Position numbers and translations under genes: made by a program
IMG/VR virus record: IMGVR_UViG_3300042997_002652
Location: 192,001 to 256,000 of that record
Reading direction: 5' to 3' (one strand)
DNA length: 64,000 nucleotides
From: a virus
Taxonomy: Duplodnaviria; Caudoviricetes
Notes under the pieces: generated by a model
Database searches by the model: none
Seen by the model: only the letters and a program-made list of their open reading frames with translations
What the model was told of the DNA's origin: nothing
Part shown: piece by piece, positions 13,101 to 19,946 of the stretch
How the letters are laid out: each line of letters begins with the position of its first letter
Numbering within the stretch: position 1 is the stretch's first letter

Positions 13101-16100
13101 TTGCAGTCTTACTAAACCGTGAGGTTGAGCAAATGTTATTGTAGCAGTATTGTTTAGATTACTTCTTACTGCTATTACTCTACCAACAGATGTCCAAGCT
13201 AATACATCCCAGTTTCCTAGATAGTTAGCTAACCAAGCGTAGTCTCTTACATAAAAATCATTAATAAGTACAGGCTCATTATTTTTATCTCTTGCTACTG
13301 GTAACCCTGAATAGAAATAAGAAGACATTTTAACATCATCAAAGTTTACATATCCAGCATCAGGATATACTTGTGTTGGAGTAGAAGGATCAATAGTACT
13401 TAAAATATTAGGAGAGTCAATAGGTCTAGCATAATTGAACAAACTATATATAGGCACTTCTTGTTGAGAACCCGGAGTATAAACACCGTTAGTCAAGCTA
13501 ACAATTGATGGATTACCTGTTAGATATTGTTCGTTGATTTTAAAATCTACAAAGTTTTTGTTTAATAGTCCACCAAACTCACCGCTTTTAATAGCCCAGT
13601 TTTCATAGACTTCATATTCAATACCACCTTGCGGTAAGGTAGCTCCTCTAAATGCTTCTATCGCATTACGAGTACCTTTGTTTTTAATCAAGTTTTGATA
13701 AACGTTAATCTGAGTAATATCAGTTAAGTCTACTAATGCCATGTAGTCACGAGGTCTGTAACCTATCAGTGAGAATCCTAATAGGTCTGCATCGTTTTCT
13801 AAGTTAGCTTTGTTAGTGTCATAATATAACGCACTTTCATATGATCTAGTTGAAGAGTTAGGTAATAATCCTTTTTGAATTTGATCGTAATCGGTTTCTT
13901 TCCAATCTCTTTCATTGAAAATATTGCTAGGCTCAATTACTTTTAATGCAGTCCAGTATTTGTTTTTATAAAGTACAATTGATCCTTTAGTGTACTTGAC
14001 TGCTCTTGACCATTCTTTTATGTTGTCTTGATTTAATATAAATCCTGAAGCGGTAATAGTTCCGTTCCATTCAGCGGTTTTAGTTCCTCTTACATATATT
14101 CTGTTTTGTCTTAACCCAGTAATTAAATTGTATATAGTATCATTAAACAATGTAGTATTATCAAATACCACAGCATGTTCAAAGTTACTTAAATTAAACT
14201 GTCCATAAGAAACAGTGTCACCTTGATTAAGTGCGGTAACACTAAACTCAGTACCGTTTCTAAACACGCTTAAGTCTTTTGCTTGTATTGGATACAAGTT
14301 TTGATTCAATACAAAATTAGTATTTTGTACAGTAAGCGGTTGAACAATTGAACTTTCTTTGTCAATTTTCAATGTTTGAGCAGATGGATTTAATAAAAGA
14401 ATACTTCCTACTTCCCAGCCAGTTTGTGACCAGTATAAGAATTCACTGATCATTTGATCCCAGTTAACTTCTATTCCACCTAAGACATCGTTGAATATCA
14501 TACCTTGTGAAGTTAGATATGCACCGTAACTAGACAAGAACTGTGCTACTTCTTGTTCGCTATAAAACTTAGCACCATAAGGAATTAATAATTCGTTAGC
14601 AGTATAATCAACTGCAACTTTTACCTGAGCATCTTCAACTTGAATGTTATTGTATTTACCATTGTTTACTGGCTTCAATACTTTAAAGTATGCATTAGTT
14701 TGTGAATTACCAAATACAGTATAACCATCCTGTGTTATTTGTATTACAACTCCTGAGTATACAATTCTATCAAACGGTTGATTATCATAAAGAAGCAATG
14801 AATAACTTTCGTCTGGAATTAACAATGATGCGTTTCTACTGTTTGGAGTTCCTTTTTCTACATAGAACTTTAGCAAGTTTTTATCGCTATACCCAGCCAA
14901 ACGATAAATTAATCTTACATCAAGGTTATCAAGTAAGTTAGTAATATTTTCAGTAGCATTTATTCCTATTTGCTTTTCGTAATCAACTATCCAGTTAATA
15001 TAACTTGTTTTTGCAGTACCTGAACCATAGATTTCAACATCACTTATTACTAAATGACTTCTGTTGTTTACCAAGTATTGATTAAACTCTAAGTTATATT
15101 TGTAGTTGTCTACATCTACTCCCAAGTTAAAGAAGTTAGCAGGTTTCATTAATGCAAATATTCTCATCAGATCAAAAGGATATGCTGAGCTTCTACGATA
15201 GCTTAATTCAACCGGGGCATCATCACCCACTTTCCAATCTCTTTGGAATGTATTAGGGTTGTAGTTTCCTACTATTGCAACAAACGGAGAAACTAAATTA
15301 CCTGCACTGTCTACTGGAATGATATTAGTTAAGCCAGGACGAGCAACTGTTTCAACTGTAATAGGTACTCCGTCATTCCAAATTACACCCTGTTCTAAAT
15401 CATTCCAAAGAATTAAGTTATCACTAGTATAAGGCGCAGGACCATATCTTTCTGTCCACCAAGTTGGTTGATCAGTAAAACCTAACATTTCCCATGGCGT
15501 AGCATTAGGGGTTGTAGTATCATAAAAGTATTGATACACACCTCTCCAATAACCTTGCTCAATCGGTGTATTAGTTAATTTGTTAGCTGCATTGGTGTAA
15601 TTGTAAGTAAATTCATTTACTTTAGAAAAAACCTGAGTTTTGTAATTTAATCTGTTTTGCCCTACCCAGTTTAAGAAACTTTCACTATACATTTGCAAGA
15701 ATTCGCTATATGTATAGTCGGTATCTCTAAAGAATCCCGGTAGCACTTCATATGTTTGAATAGGTACAGTGCTGCTTAATTTTAAGTTGTTATAAATTCT
15801 TGTTTCAAATTCTAATAAGCCCTGATCTCTAAAGTCTTCTAGAACACCCAAATTAGTGTTATAAGATCCGTATAACTTATTATAAGAACCATCGTGTCCT
15901 TTAATAAAATATGTTGGTTGAGTATAAGCAGTGTCTAACACTACTTGAGGAGTATAAGCAGGATATAAACCTAATTTTGTTGGTGTGTTAGGAACATAAC
16001 TACCATAAGTTTGATTATATTCTTTAATAGTAATCTTGTCACCCGCAATCAAGTCTAACGTAACAGTTAGTGACGGGGCATCTTGACTTATAACATAGTC

Positions 16101-19100
16101 TTGATTAATAATCAATTGTTTCTGTATAGTTACACCGCTTATTATTCTTGACAAATAAACAATAACACCATTATAGTTAGCAGTAGCAAAGTTATATGTT
16201 GTAGTTAAGGGATAAATGCTTGTATCTAAATTGTTTGCAAAAGTATAAGTGTTGCTTCTTAATGGTGACTTAGCAGGTAACATGTCGCTCCAAAAGAACG
16301 CTTGTGACTCACTTTTAGCCGCAGTAATAATATCAATAGCTTGATCTAGTATTTCTGAAGGCGTGTATCGTTGTACATATTCTGCATTATTAATAGTATC
16401 TACTAATAGATTTTTAAACTTAGTGTATTCGTTGCTATTAAATTGTAACGCATCAAACAAGTTGTGATTTGTTTTACGCAAGAATGTGCCGGGTAATACT
16501 AAAGAAGCACTATTTTGAATTATGTTAGTTCCATATGGAACTAAGTTACCTAAGTCTCTATAATTGTTTGATCCAAATACTTGACCTAACATACCGGGAG
16601 CATTTACATAAATGTCTCTGTATTGTAATCTAATATCACCAACGTTAACTGTTTCTAAGTCTTGGTTAAATGGATTGTTACTTAAGTTAACAGGTATTGT
16701 ATAATATGCTTGATTACTAACTTGGTTACTTAATATTAAAACTTCAATTGGTGTATCACTATCCAATTCAGAAACGTCTAATAATTCAATGATCGTAGAA
16801 TTTGCAGTAATAGTGTATGAATATTCACTTACGCACTGGCAAGCATTGTTTATGTACACCTGTACACTAGTCCAAGAATCTTGACCTTCTACTTCAGATA
16901 TAGCAGCAATGTCGCATACAAATGTTGTACTAGGATTATCCTTTAGATATGTAAATTGAAATACTTGATACTGCGCACTAGGTGCTACCGCGGTTTGCCA
17001 ACCTAATTCTCTAGTATATTCAGTTCTGTCATCATAATTAAACACATAACCTGTGTTAACTTTTTGAGTTATAGGAGTAGTTCCAGTAACATAATCAAAT
17101 GTATCAGTGTTTAACGAAACATCAAAACTAATATCACCTACATTATCAATAGCACTGTATCTTATAGGAAATCCTAAAATAGGATCATCGGTTCCAGAGC
17201 CTATGCCATAAGAAAATAATGTACAGCCGGCAAAAGAAGTACCTTGATAAATTGTTGGATCGCTAAAACTTATACCGTTTTCATCAAATACATCAAATAA
17301 CGGTGCTTGATTTACAGTAACTTTTTCTTGTGCTGTGATCCAATTATCGTTACTAAAATAATAAGTATTACCTTGATTATTATATCCTCTAGTAATAACT
17401 GCTTGATCATTTTCTTCACACAAACCATCCTGAGCTTCAGTTAATGTAATAACCGGTACTGATGATGGGGATAATTGAGAAAGTGCAACAACATATATTT
17501 TATTGCGTACATTCACATCCGTGTCTGCTGCAAATATAATTCTTGCTCCAGAGAATATAGAGTAATTATTAACTGTAGTGTCTGTTGCAATAACGGCTAC
17601 ACTAGTAGCTGAGCCAACAGATTGTGATACGGCCCAAGACACTGTTAATACAGTGTTATTACCTGCTATGGTTATATTTGTAATTTGTGTGTTGTTAGGT
17701 AAAATATCTAAGTAATCACTAATATACTGCCCAACTTGGAACGTTCCTACAATATCAGCAGTAGGAATAGTAATAGTAGTTGATGTTCCTACAACAGATG
17801 CTATAGATACTGTATTTTCTGTATATACTTCTACATCAGGAAAATAATTGTTTAATCCTGCAATTTGCGATAGTGCATCAGTTGTTCTTTGATCAATGAA
17901 ATCTACTGCATCTTTGCCACGAGTACCTGAGTTGAATAATCCTAAATTAGGATAAAATTCAATAATAGGTCTTCTTGCTTTATTTTCTGCTTTAGCGAAT
18001 TCAGTAACTATTGATGGATTATTATTATAAATCGCAGTTTGATTAATTACTTGCGAATGAAACCATCTGTTGCTTCTAGACCAAGCATTTTTGTTTATTG
18101 CGTTTCTAGCAATAGTAATATAATCTAAATCTGTTGGTATAAACAAATCACTATCAAAGTTTGATAAATCAAACGGAGTAGTATCAAACGGGACAAAGGT
18201 ACTTGTAGTAAAATCTTCAGGTGATACTAATGTTTCAACTGAAATTAGTTCTATTGCCGAACCTACACCTTCTACGTAATATTGTCCGGATAAGTATCTT
18301 GACGGGATAACGTCACCGTCAAATTCTACTTTTAGTCCATTAGTAAACACAACACCATTTGTTGAAGTGTAATTCTTTTTACCTAAAATATCAGTTTCTA
18401 CATTTATAGTATTCGTGGTATTATTTTCAATTATTCTAATAATACCTACTTTGTTTGCAGAAGTACCATCTTGATAGTAAAGCTGATCAAGCGGTGCAGT
18501 AATATAAGGTACTAAAGAAACAACACCTAGCGTATTTCTATAAAATTGTCTGTCAATCCAAGTTGAGCCGTACGTAGCTGTTATTTTTTGTTCAGTTGGT
18601 ATTAAACCGTCTGGTATTAATCTTATAATTGGATTTGTAGGATCTGAGGGATCTACTACATAAGTAATTCTGTAAAAGTTTTCACTAACTGTTGTATAGA
18701 ACCCTTCTTCATACAATCCTTGATTTGCGTTAGCGGTCATTGTTCCGCTATCAGTAGTAAGCGGAAAAGTTGCTCCACCTAATGTATCAGAAATAGTAAA
18801 TTCCGTAGAACTGTCTACACTTTTAATATAATAAATTGTACCTGCTGTTACTCCACCAAATACTGGATTGTTAAATGTAATAGTATTGTTAACTACTAGC
18901 TGACTAGTATTTCCAGTTGATAAAGTAAATCTATCAGTTGATGAATTAGAACTTCCTATTGTAACTACTAAAGGAGCTACTAATGCATTATCATTCGTAT
19001 CAAATGAAGTTTCATCGTAGTATGCAGAAATATAACCAATCTCATTAACTACACCTGTGTCATAAAACATAACACGTAAGTTGTTCAATGAAGTAATACT

Positions 19101-19937
19101 ATCAATTGACCCTAATGCTGACAACGGAGCACCGTTGACATCTTCAAATGGTAGTGTGCTTATCACATCAACTAAGTTGTTACCGGGGAATATAAACTCA
19201 TCTTGTGCATCTTTACTAGGTACTGTAAAAGTAACTACACCCTGAGTAGCTCCGTTATTACTAACACCATATACATCTCGTACCGGCAAATTAGGTTGAG
19301 TAGGACTGAATCCTGATACACCGGGTTCTCCTTGTATCCAAAACTGTGATGGCTGATTTACTGTAAATCTATACGAACCACCTCTTAATAAAGTGATAGT
19401 AGGATTGGTACTGCCAGCAGAAGCTCCCAGTTCTCTTATATTATAACCATTAGCTAAATCAGTAACTATATAATCATTGGTTGAATAGACTAGTGCAGAA
19501 GACACAGTTACTGCGGGAGGACCAGTAGGTATCCAGTAATATTGATTGTAATTTACTATTTTGTCAAAATCAGTAAATGAATCCCATGAATAAATCTGAC
19601 TTTCAAACAGTCTTGAATTATTATTAGTAATTCCTCCCTGCAATTCTAGTGCATCTAAAATACCGGGATAGCTAATAAAATCTTGAGCAGTTGACTGATT
19701 AGTTTTTGTAAATACAACACCGGGATCTAGTTGATAGTCTGTTCTTGTTTTATTTGGTTCTGTTACATAATAATCATTAGCATTAACACCATAACCTACT
19801 TTACTACCAATATATCCTTGTATCTTTTTTGTGATAGGAGGATTTACTAGCTGGTCTAGTGTTGCTGACAAAAACTCAGTGTTGGTTTTTGTTTGAAAAA
19901 TTTCGGGAAGAAAATTAAGAGTTCTTATTCTTGTCAT
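1140..19937 (-). CDS. Giant 6265-aa virion structural protein, putative baseplate wedge (gp7 position) with many repeated beta domains
   Basis: Uninterrupted 18.8-kb ORF directly downstream of the gp6-like gene, where T4 has gp7. It carries more than 12 copies of a ~75-aa module (P-x-x-F...G...YY(I/V)...FT(I/V)S...GG), FG-GAP-like repeats (about 10.8-12.8 kb) and BNR-like 'AVG..G.I..S.NG..W' repeats (about 4.3-5.5 kb). Confidence 0.75.
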   Translation of the reverse strand: MTRIRTLNFLPEIFQTKTNTEFLSATLDQLVNPPITKKIQGYIGSKVGYGVNANDYYVTEPNKTRTDYQLDPGVVFTKTNQSTAQDFISYPGILDALELQGGITNNNSRLFESQIYSWDSFTDFDKIVNYNQYYWIPTGPPAVTVSSALVYSTNDYIVTDLANGYNIRELGASAGSTNPTITLLRGGSYRFTVNQPSQFWIQGEPGVSGFSPTQPNLPVRDVYGVSNNGATQGVVTFTVPSKDAQDEFIFPGNNLVDVISTLPFEDVNGAPLSALGSIDSITSLNNLRVMFYDTGVVNEIGYISAYYDETSFDTNDNALVAPLVVTIGSSNSSTDRFTLSTGNTSQLVVNNTITFNNPVFGGVTAGTIYYIKSVDSSTEFTISDTLGGATFPLTTDSGTMTANANQGLYEEGFYTTVSENFYRITYVVDPSDPTNPIIRLIPDGLIPTEQKITATYGSTWIDRQFYRNTLGVVSLVPYITAPLDQLYYQDGTSANKVGIIRIIENNTTNTINVETDILGKKNYTSTNGVVFTNGLKVEFDGDVIPSRYLSGQYYVEGVGSAIELISVETLVSPEDFTTSTFVPFDTTPFDLSNFDSDLFIPTDLDYITIARNAINKNAWSRSNRWFHSQVINQTAIYNNNPSIVTEFAKAENKARRPIIEFYPNLGLFNSGTRGKDAVDFIDQRTTDALSQIAGLNNYFPDVEVYTENTVSIASVVGTSTTITIPTADIVGTFQVGQYISDYLDILPNNTQITNITIAGNNTVLTVSWAVSQSVGSATSVAVIATDTTVNNYSIFSGARIIFAADTDVNVRNKIYVVALSQLSPSSVPVITLTEAQDGLCEENDQAVITRGYNNQGNTYYFSNDNWITAQEKVTVNQAPLFDVFDENGISFSDPTIYQGTSFAGCTLFSYGIGSGTDDPILGFPIRYSAIDNVGDISFDVSLNTDTFDYVTGTTPITQKVNTGYVFNYDDRTEYTRELGWQTAVAPSAQYQVFQFTYLKDNPSTTFVCDIAAISEVEGQDSWTSVQVYINNACQCVSEYSYTITANSTIIELLDVSELDSDTPIEVLILSNQVSNQAYYTIPVNLSNNPFNQDLETVNVGDIRLQYRDIYVNAPGMLGQVFGSNNYRDLGNLVPYGTNIIQNSASLVLPGTFLRKTNHNLFDALQFNSNEYTKFKNLLVDTINNAEYVQRYTPSEILDQAIDIITAAKSESQAFFWSDMLPAKSPLRSNTYTFANNLDTSIYPLTTTYNFATANYNGVIVYLSRIISGVTIQKQLIINQDYVISQDAPSLTVTLDLIAGDKITIKEYNQTYGSYVPNTPTKLGLYPAYTPQVVLDTAYTQPTYFIKGHDGSYNKLYGSYNTNLGVLEDFRDQGLLEFETRIYNNLKLSSTVPIQTYEVLPGFFRDTDYTYSEFLQMYSESFLNWVGQNRLNYKTQVFSKVNEFTYNYTNAANKLTNTPIEQGYWRGVYQYFYDTTTPNATPWEMLGFTDQPTWWTERYGPAPYTSDNLILWNDLEQGVIWNDGVPITVETVARPGLTNIIPVDSAGNLVSPFVAIVGNYNPNTFQRDWKVGDDAPVELSYRRSSAYPFDLMRIFALMKPANFFNLGVDVDNYKYNLEFNQYLVNNRSHLVISDVEIYGSGTAKTSYINWIVDYEKQIGINATENITNLLDNLDVRLIYRLAGYSDKNLLKFYVEKGTPNSRNASLLIPDESYSLLLYDNQPFDRIVYSGVVIQITQDGYTVFGNSQTNAYFKVLKPVNNGKYNNIQVEDAQVKVAVDYTANELLIPYGAKFYSEQEVAQFLSSYGAYLTSQGMIFNDVLGGIEVNWDQMISEFLYWSQTGWEVGSILLLNPSAQTLKIDKESSIVQPLTVQNTNFVLNQNLYPIQAKDLSVFRNGTEFSVTALNQGDTVSYGQFNLSNFEHAVVFDNTTLFNDTIYNLITGLRQNRIYVRGTKTAEWNGTITASGFILNQDNIKEWSRAVKYTKGSIVLYKNKYWTALKVIEPSNIFNERDWKETDYDQIQKGLLPNSSTRSYESALYYDTNKANLENDADLLGFSLIGYRPRDYMALVDLTDITQINVYQNLIKNKGTRNAIEAFRGATLPQGGIEYEVYENWAIKSGEFGGLLNKNFVDFKINEQYLTGNPSIVSLTNGVYTPGSQQEVPIYSLFNYARPIDSPNILSTIDPSTPTQVYPDAGYVNFDDVKMSSYFYSGLPVARDKNNEPVLINDFYVRDYAWLANYLGNWDVLAWTSVGRVIAVRSNLNNTATITFAQPHGLVRLQPLSIINYATNVDGYYIVANIVNLNEVIINLPVATEIASTGQGIGLTFQSQRVSNPASINNLPLLDTEFVKNTVWVDESTDGSWAVYRKSLNYQYNNEVTKTNSTTFGSAVAYTDQAGYLISDASAGEVYRYAQDSANNYFIVETLTGGTSFGSKIVYAGNTYVISEPTTASEVHVYVINDSQLSDDFVLYQTIAAPGGVTDWGSELAISGDQNWLYISDIANDKVHVYQKQNILLNAGYFVSGQTYVITDLGTTDFTLIGAIESKVGITFVATGVGTGTGAATQITYKASTIINGVALSLVSSTDKFSKSITTNYYGDVMVVGAPDKDYDGNIANWGSAFAFSRAVQNIEVQFNTIGQTFQLAWTPITVSRTVSATNATGNLITLNSVSGIAVNDPIIFSGTGLLGTGIQGNSVYYIRSIAGSDITIKTSRSSITPEAISTVGSVSNVTATVQTSPLYVSRNGVIVQDNNYGVIGSTFVYSGTLTAGDIITVSDSKFTYAQTFTSNYNNRVGTQFGYSLDTIQSGSEILIGSPFEISDENQEGAVYRFTNAGAKFGLVTGVNECNVTAVRPLLINGYFVNVPIGNATVVANAINSANITNIQAAATVDNKLMIQVINTDLTQVNQKLIITAVDTTTLTELGIEIYTNTQVINCPHEFGPTQFGSVVQFNEYDSVVISAPVATRYEGTTFDFIDDEDFTNDTIFDNNATQFIDTAPNAGAVYMFDYISNYNENLTNIGEFVYAQSVNSKDIVYGFNPLYGTALDFNSNVVMIGTPNFLPDSVDGQVTIYENESGIKDWSIYRNSAPIVNIDSIQNAQLFSAETNNTLINLDYIDPLQGKLLGSVRQNINYVTSIDPANYNSDEIFDPQSGLIWGPEKVGKVWFDTTNVRFVNYHQNDLVYNSKYWGTVFPGSDVAVYTWVVSNVSPRDYQGPGTPKDSTRYTVSSIIDSSNIVTPVYYFWVRNSNIIFREEGKTLSDTILESYISNPKNSGIAFFAPLRDNSFALYNCAEYINANDSVFHIGYANGTNDDEAHSEYTLIKEDFADDFLPGLPKLGSNAEPIGLYDRLLDSLAGVDEEGSVVPNPYLPKAVQSGVLARPRQSFFYNRYLALKNYLTYANEVLAQYPISEIRPDISLLFAQGEFYNTPDYWQYINWWTTGYDNNTKSAIQVPLYADLSTLSVATDTIVTVENNGSGKFEVYRYDGNSIWTRIGLENGTIEFNLTLWDYAEARLGFGDNFFDTSSYDEYPSEETRYIIRALNEQIYIDELLLFRNKGLILLFDYIQSESTESQNYLPWLNKTSLVDVAHTIRELKPIEVFQTDNQDFLAGYINEVKPYHVVVKEFVFKYTGIDTFDGNITDFDLPAQYDKSVNQFITPSLVYSNPNQDNEYVDTDDIWQTAPYTQWFQNKGVSLTGESNYEITTLVSYMTLGSSFMFVDNAQGFPINGTIRIGNEEIAYSSVDRALNLVSGLQRGLNGTAISQHFPNEKIFIDLPEVIVLNGGKGYVDPPRVTAYVDLDLYPAPTTEAVFEAVMSLDSVLSINVIDPGQGYMVLPEIRIDPSVVISFTNADINSTLHTIRVYGPNLATGDLVLFKQSDAGVGRLANNQWYYINVLETTPTAIVAFYSNYSDAINDTNRIQISDIGTDDQLTISLGAKASAITSASPIRENNITLRFDRTTYTSQVQDWRAGTYYGSFFAGSYFNSESVSSSSMQLESVLPPISSVLASAQGVAFEITDVDNDRQLTWSSLERNVGNTILATNAIRLIPLDDGSANPNASGSTIGFYEGMPVKFVGAVAGGLQENITYYVKTIINDTDFTVSLTEGGGTVTLTNATIPAAGLKCLAGEVVDTAVLTVNYPGILEVTATQAGTNALTVPMSLIGTGGTEGFYTNLPVFFTKYSVTEPVFGGVIENDVYYITTVINSQTFTISETQDPLSTTATATTASNNRVTVSSTDDFSVNDPIIFTGTTFGNIIAGTTYYVSEIVNTTQMTISTLINGGVFVLSNGAGSMLLTSQANTLTLSTATGSMTMNVSLPVSPGQVNGQLFTLYSTSEQYPNVSGTNSSLIERTMTATIATLDRITIDSSTGNTDDFYVNMPVQFDTTIGGLTAATTYYITDYGIVEIDAISTSSSNLITCDTTESLYVGMPIIFSGQGLGGITIGVEYFVESINIDGIRFTISDTDGGSVKILTNDSGSMLGTGEEYITVSASSGGSDVTLSNTVSDFDMTQEIIIDAIFDVSYILGGYRALVSTAGEGYAVNNTIVIPGADIGGATPANNLTLTVNTIDETDGGIIDVICSGIVAGTSDQYYLKVISPNQFEVYSNPLMTVPVTGIGFDFVGFTTTTATNITASNDRVTVTSSANFSVNDPVVFTGTIFSSQITLGQTYYIVDKPTATTVRLTTEPGGSVINFTTDTTGSMSMTKAGSFALLPEPFYFNQSIVKFNNRVYVCVVSNNDDDFIFGKWELLDSGDRRLNAMDRVVGYYQPTVNMPGVDLTQLFEGVTYPNSTYLGNPFAPAQQYELDTILQTQAFYPTDIDVASVVWNGTNYLAAASAPNYSAVLGSETGESWAVAKLTNAGIGLTDIIQANNIYVMSSTNSATPILRSNDGIVWTTTGTVTSEIGPQPISIAALSLQSVAYRNNLFVAVGEGIVSSSDTYDWTQRLAFTEYDNTLYGVSAVNVAAFTGFVAVGKGEVPEYSTGLTQIVDTNLIYYSANGINWTGVNFIPSAGVNTSTPNGFNGVAANGNNIVAVGENGVIYYSENGASWLGVNEVTVLSVNSATEQLILTNTAGFAVNDVIRFTDSFSSITAGISYYIKTIVSSTQVEISTSLGGTVLNLTDGSIPFRTRMYSYPTTATLNDVVYGDGVFIAVGDTGTIRTSTNAITWTTVASGTTEKLKGISHKETGSFIAVGENDTVLLTDDYGVTWTVSTLFVVAPPIYDIQGDAFTAGYAPEELVAGMVTDNLAMTVNTRPGTNWPATEYAHTGYNIVSLELNPVSSTQTVYSFDGAAQYPTEIFVAVINGTTGLSTTIYEGTDYAIDWINNIITLTTSIAFTPVSDTLRIDVYETGNGDQLVKSNSKTDPIRLNTDTGFNEIYLNCNYSGVIYSGSGVIRPETYSVEVFATATESVTNRILCDSVQQFVINEPIRFQGVVFGNIVEDQQYYVKSISPATNTITISDSINGITGVAGSIYVLTDATGLMLVNIEIGSGLVWTDPIVTYNGTKLVIGNTNTAVKTKSSNNAVVTVSTNGLIANSPVTFGEGIFTGSNIDPLTTYYIKTIIDSNEFTISETPSGSVKVLGNASGRSMYITNDYAIGLASNGISAKLVFAAPYDNSTDYLSYTIFGETFPAQYGYTLPETQILSGDGIEDTFALNNFVGGDNPGNAIVEVDGIRLSPLGDYTIDPALDEIIFNSAPTNGSTIAVTTFNDTQQQYLNTQVIGDGISTAPVVNAIQSISNEITLPLAVTRATATTAGVPNEITVDSTSGFVLNATVEFKGISFGGIATDGTVYFVDSIVSSTVFTIKNENGTQIVTTLGTGTIQVTVGGKPAVRVTTAAANGLSENDLVRIDGTLGSIQLNNNTYYAKIIDSTTFDLYESGIPGYAGYNPAFGAVNYPITTISSYTGEGYVWLVDSYYLVTQIATATTTSTNLITVTSTSQLVVNTPVIFTGSVLDGLVAGTTYYIRAIVSATQFTVSATRGGSSVALSNDSGSMNVTQWEHVNTDRLWVTVNGERVPSTSLRLNADNNLSILTSIDSSDVVIITSMMPYATPDEEIYLNFVDTINEASVYRANTGTRTWLTQPIYDLSTVIYVDDVTRLTNTIVQSVTTPAAVSGNYNFGLTADKRLITNVTVYNNSTNEFISSDNYRVVIEELSPILKITAGSYINVGNQLTITTLEGNLIYVNGEQIRFGSVDLTNNTLSNLERGVNGTGKQSLILTYTEVFGLLSKNRLSDVYYNQTWNPIDDAIFNTVDGDPLQISETVSAEFLNTDIL

Positions 19938-19946
19938 TTTTAATGA

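Noticed and set aside
1140-19937. Stop-codon reassignment as seen in some large phages
   Set aside because: Very long ORFs and tight gene packing are obtained with the standard code, and genes end at TAA, TAG and TGA.
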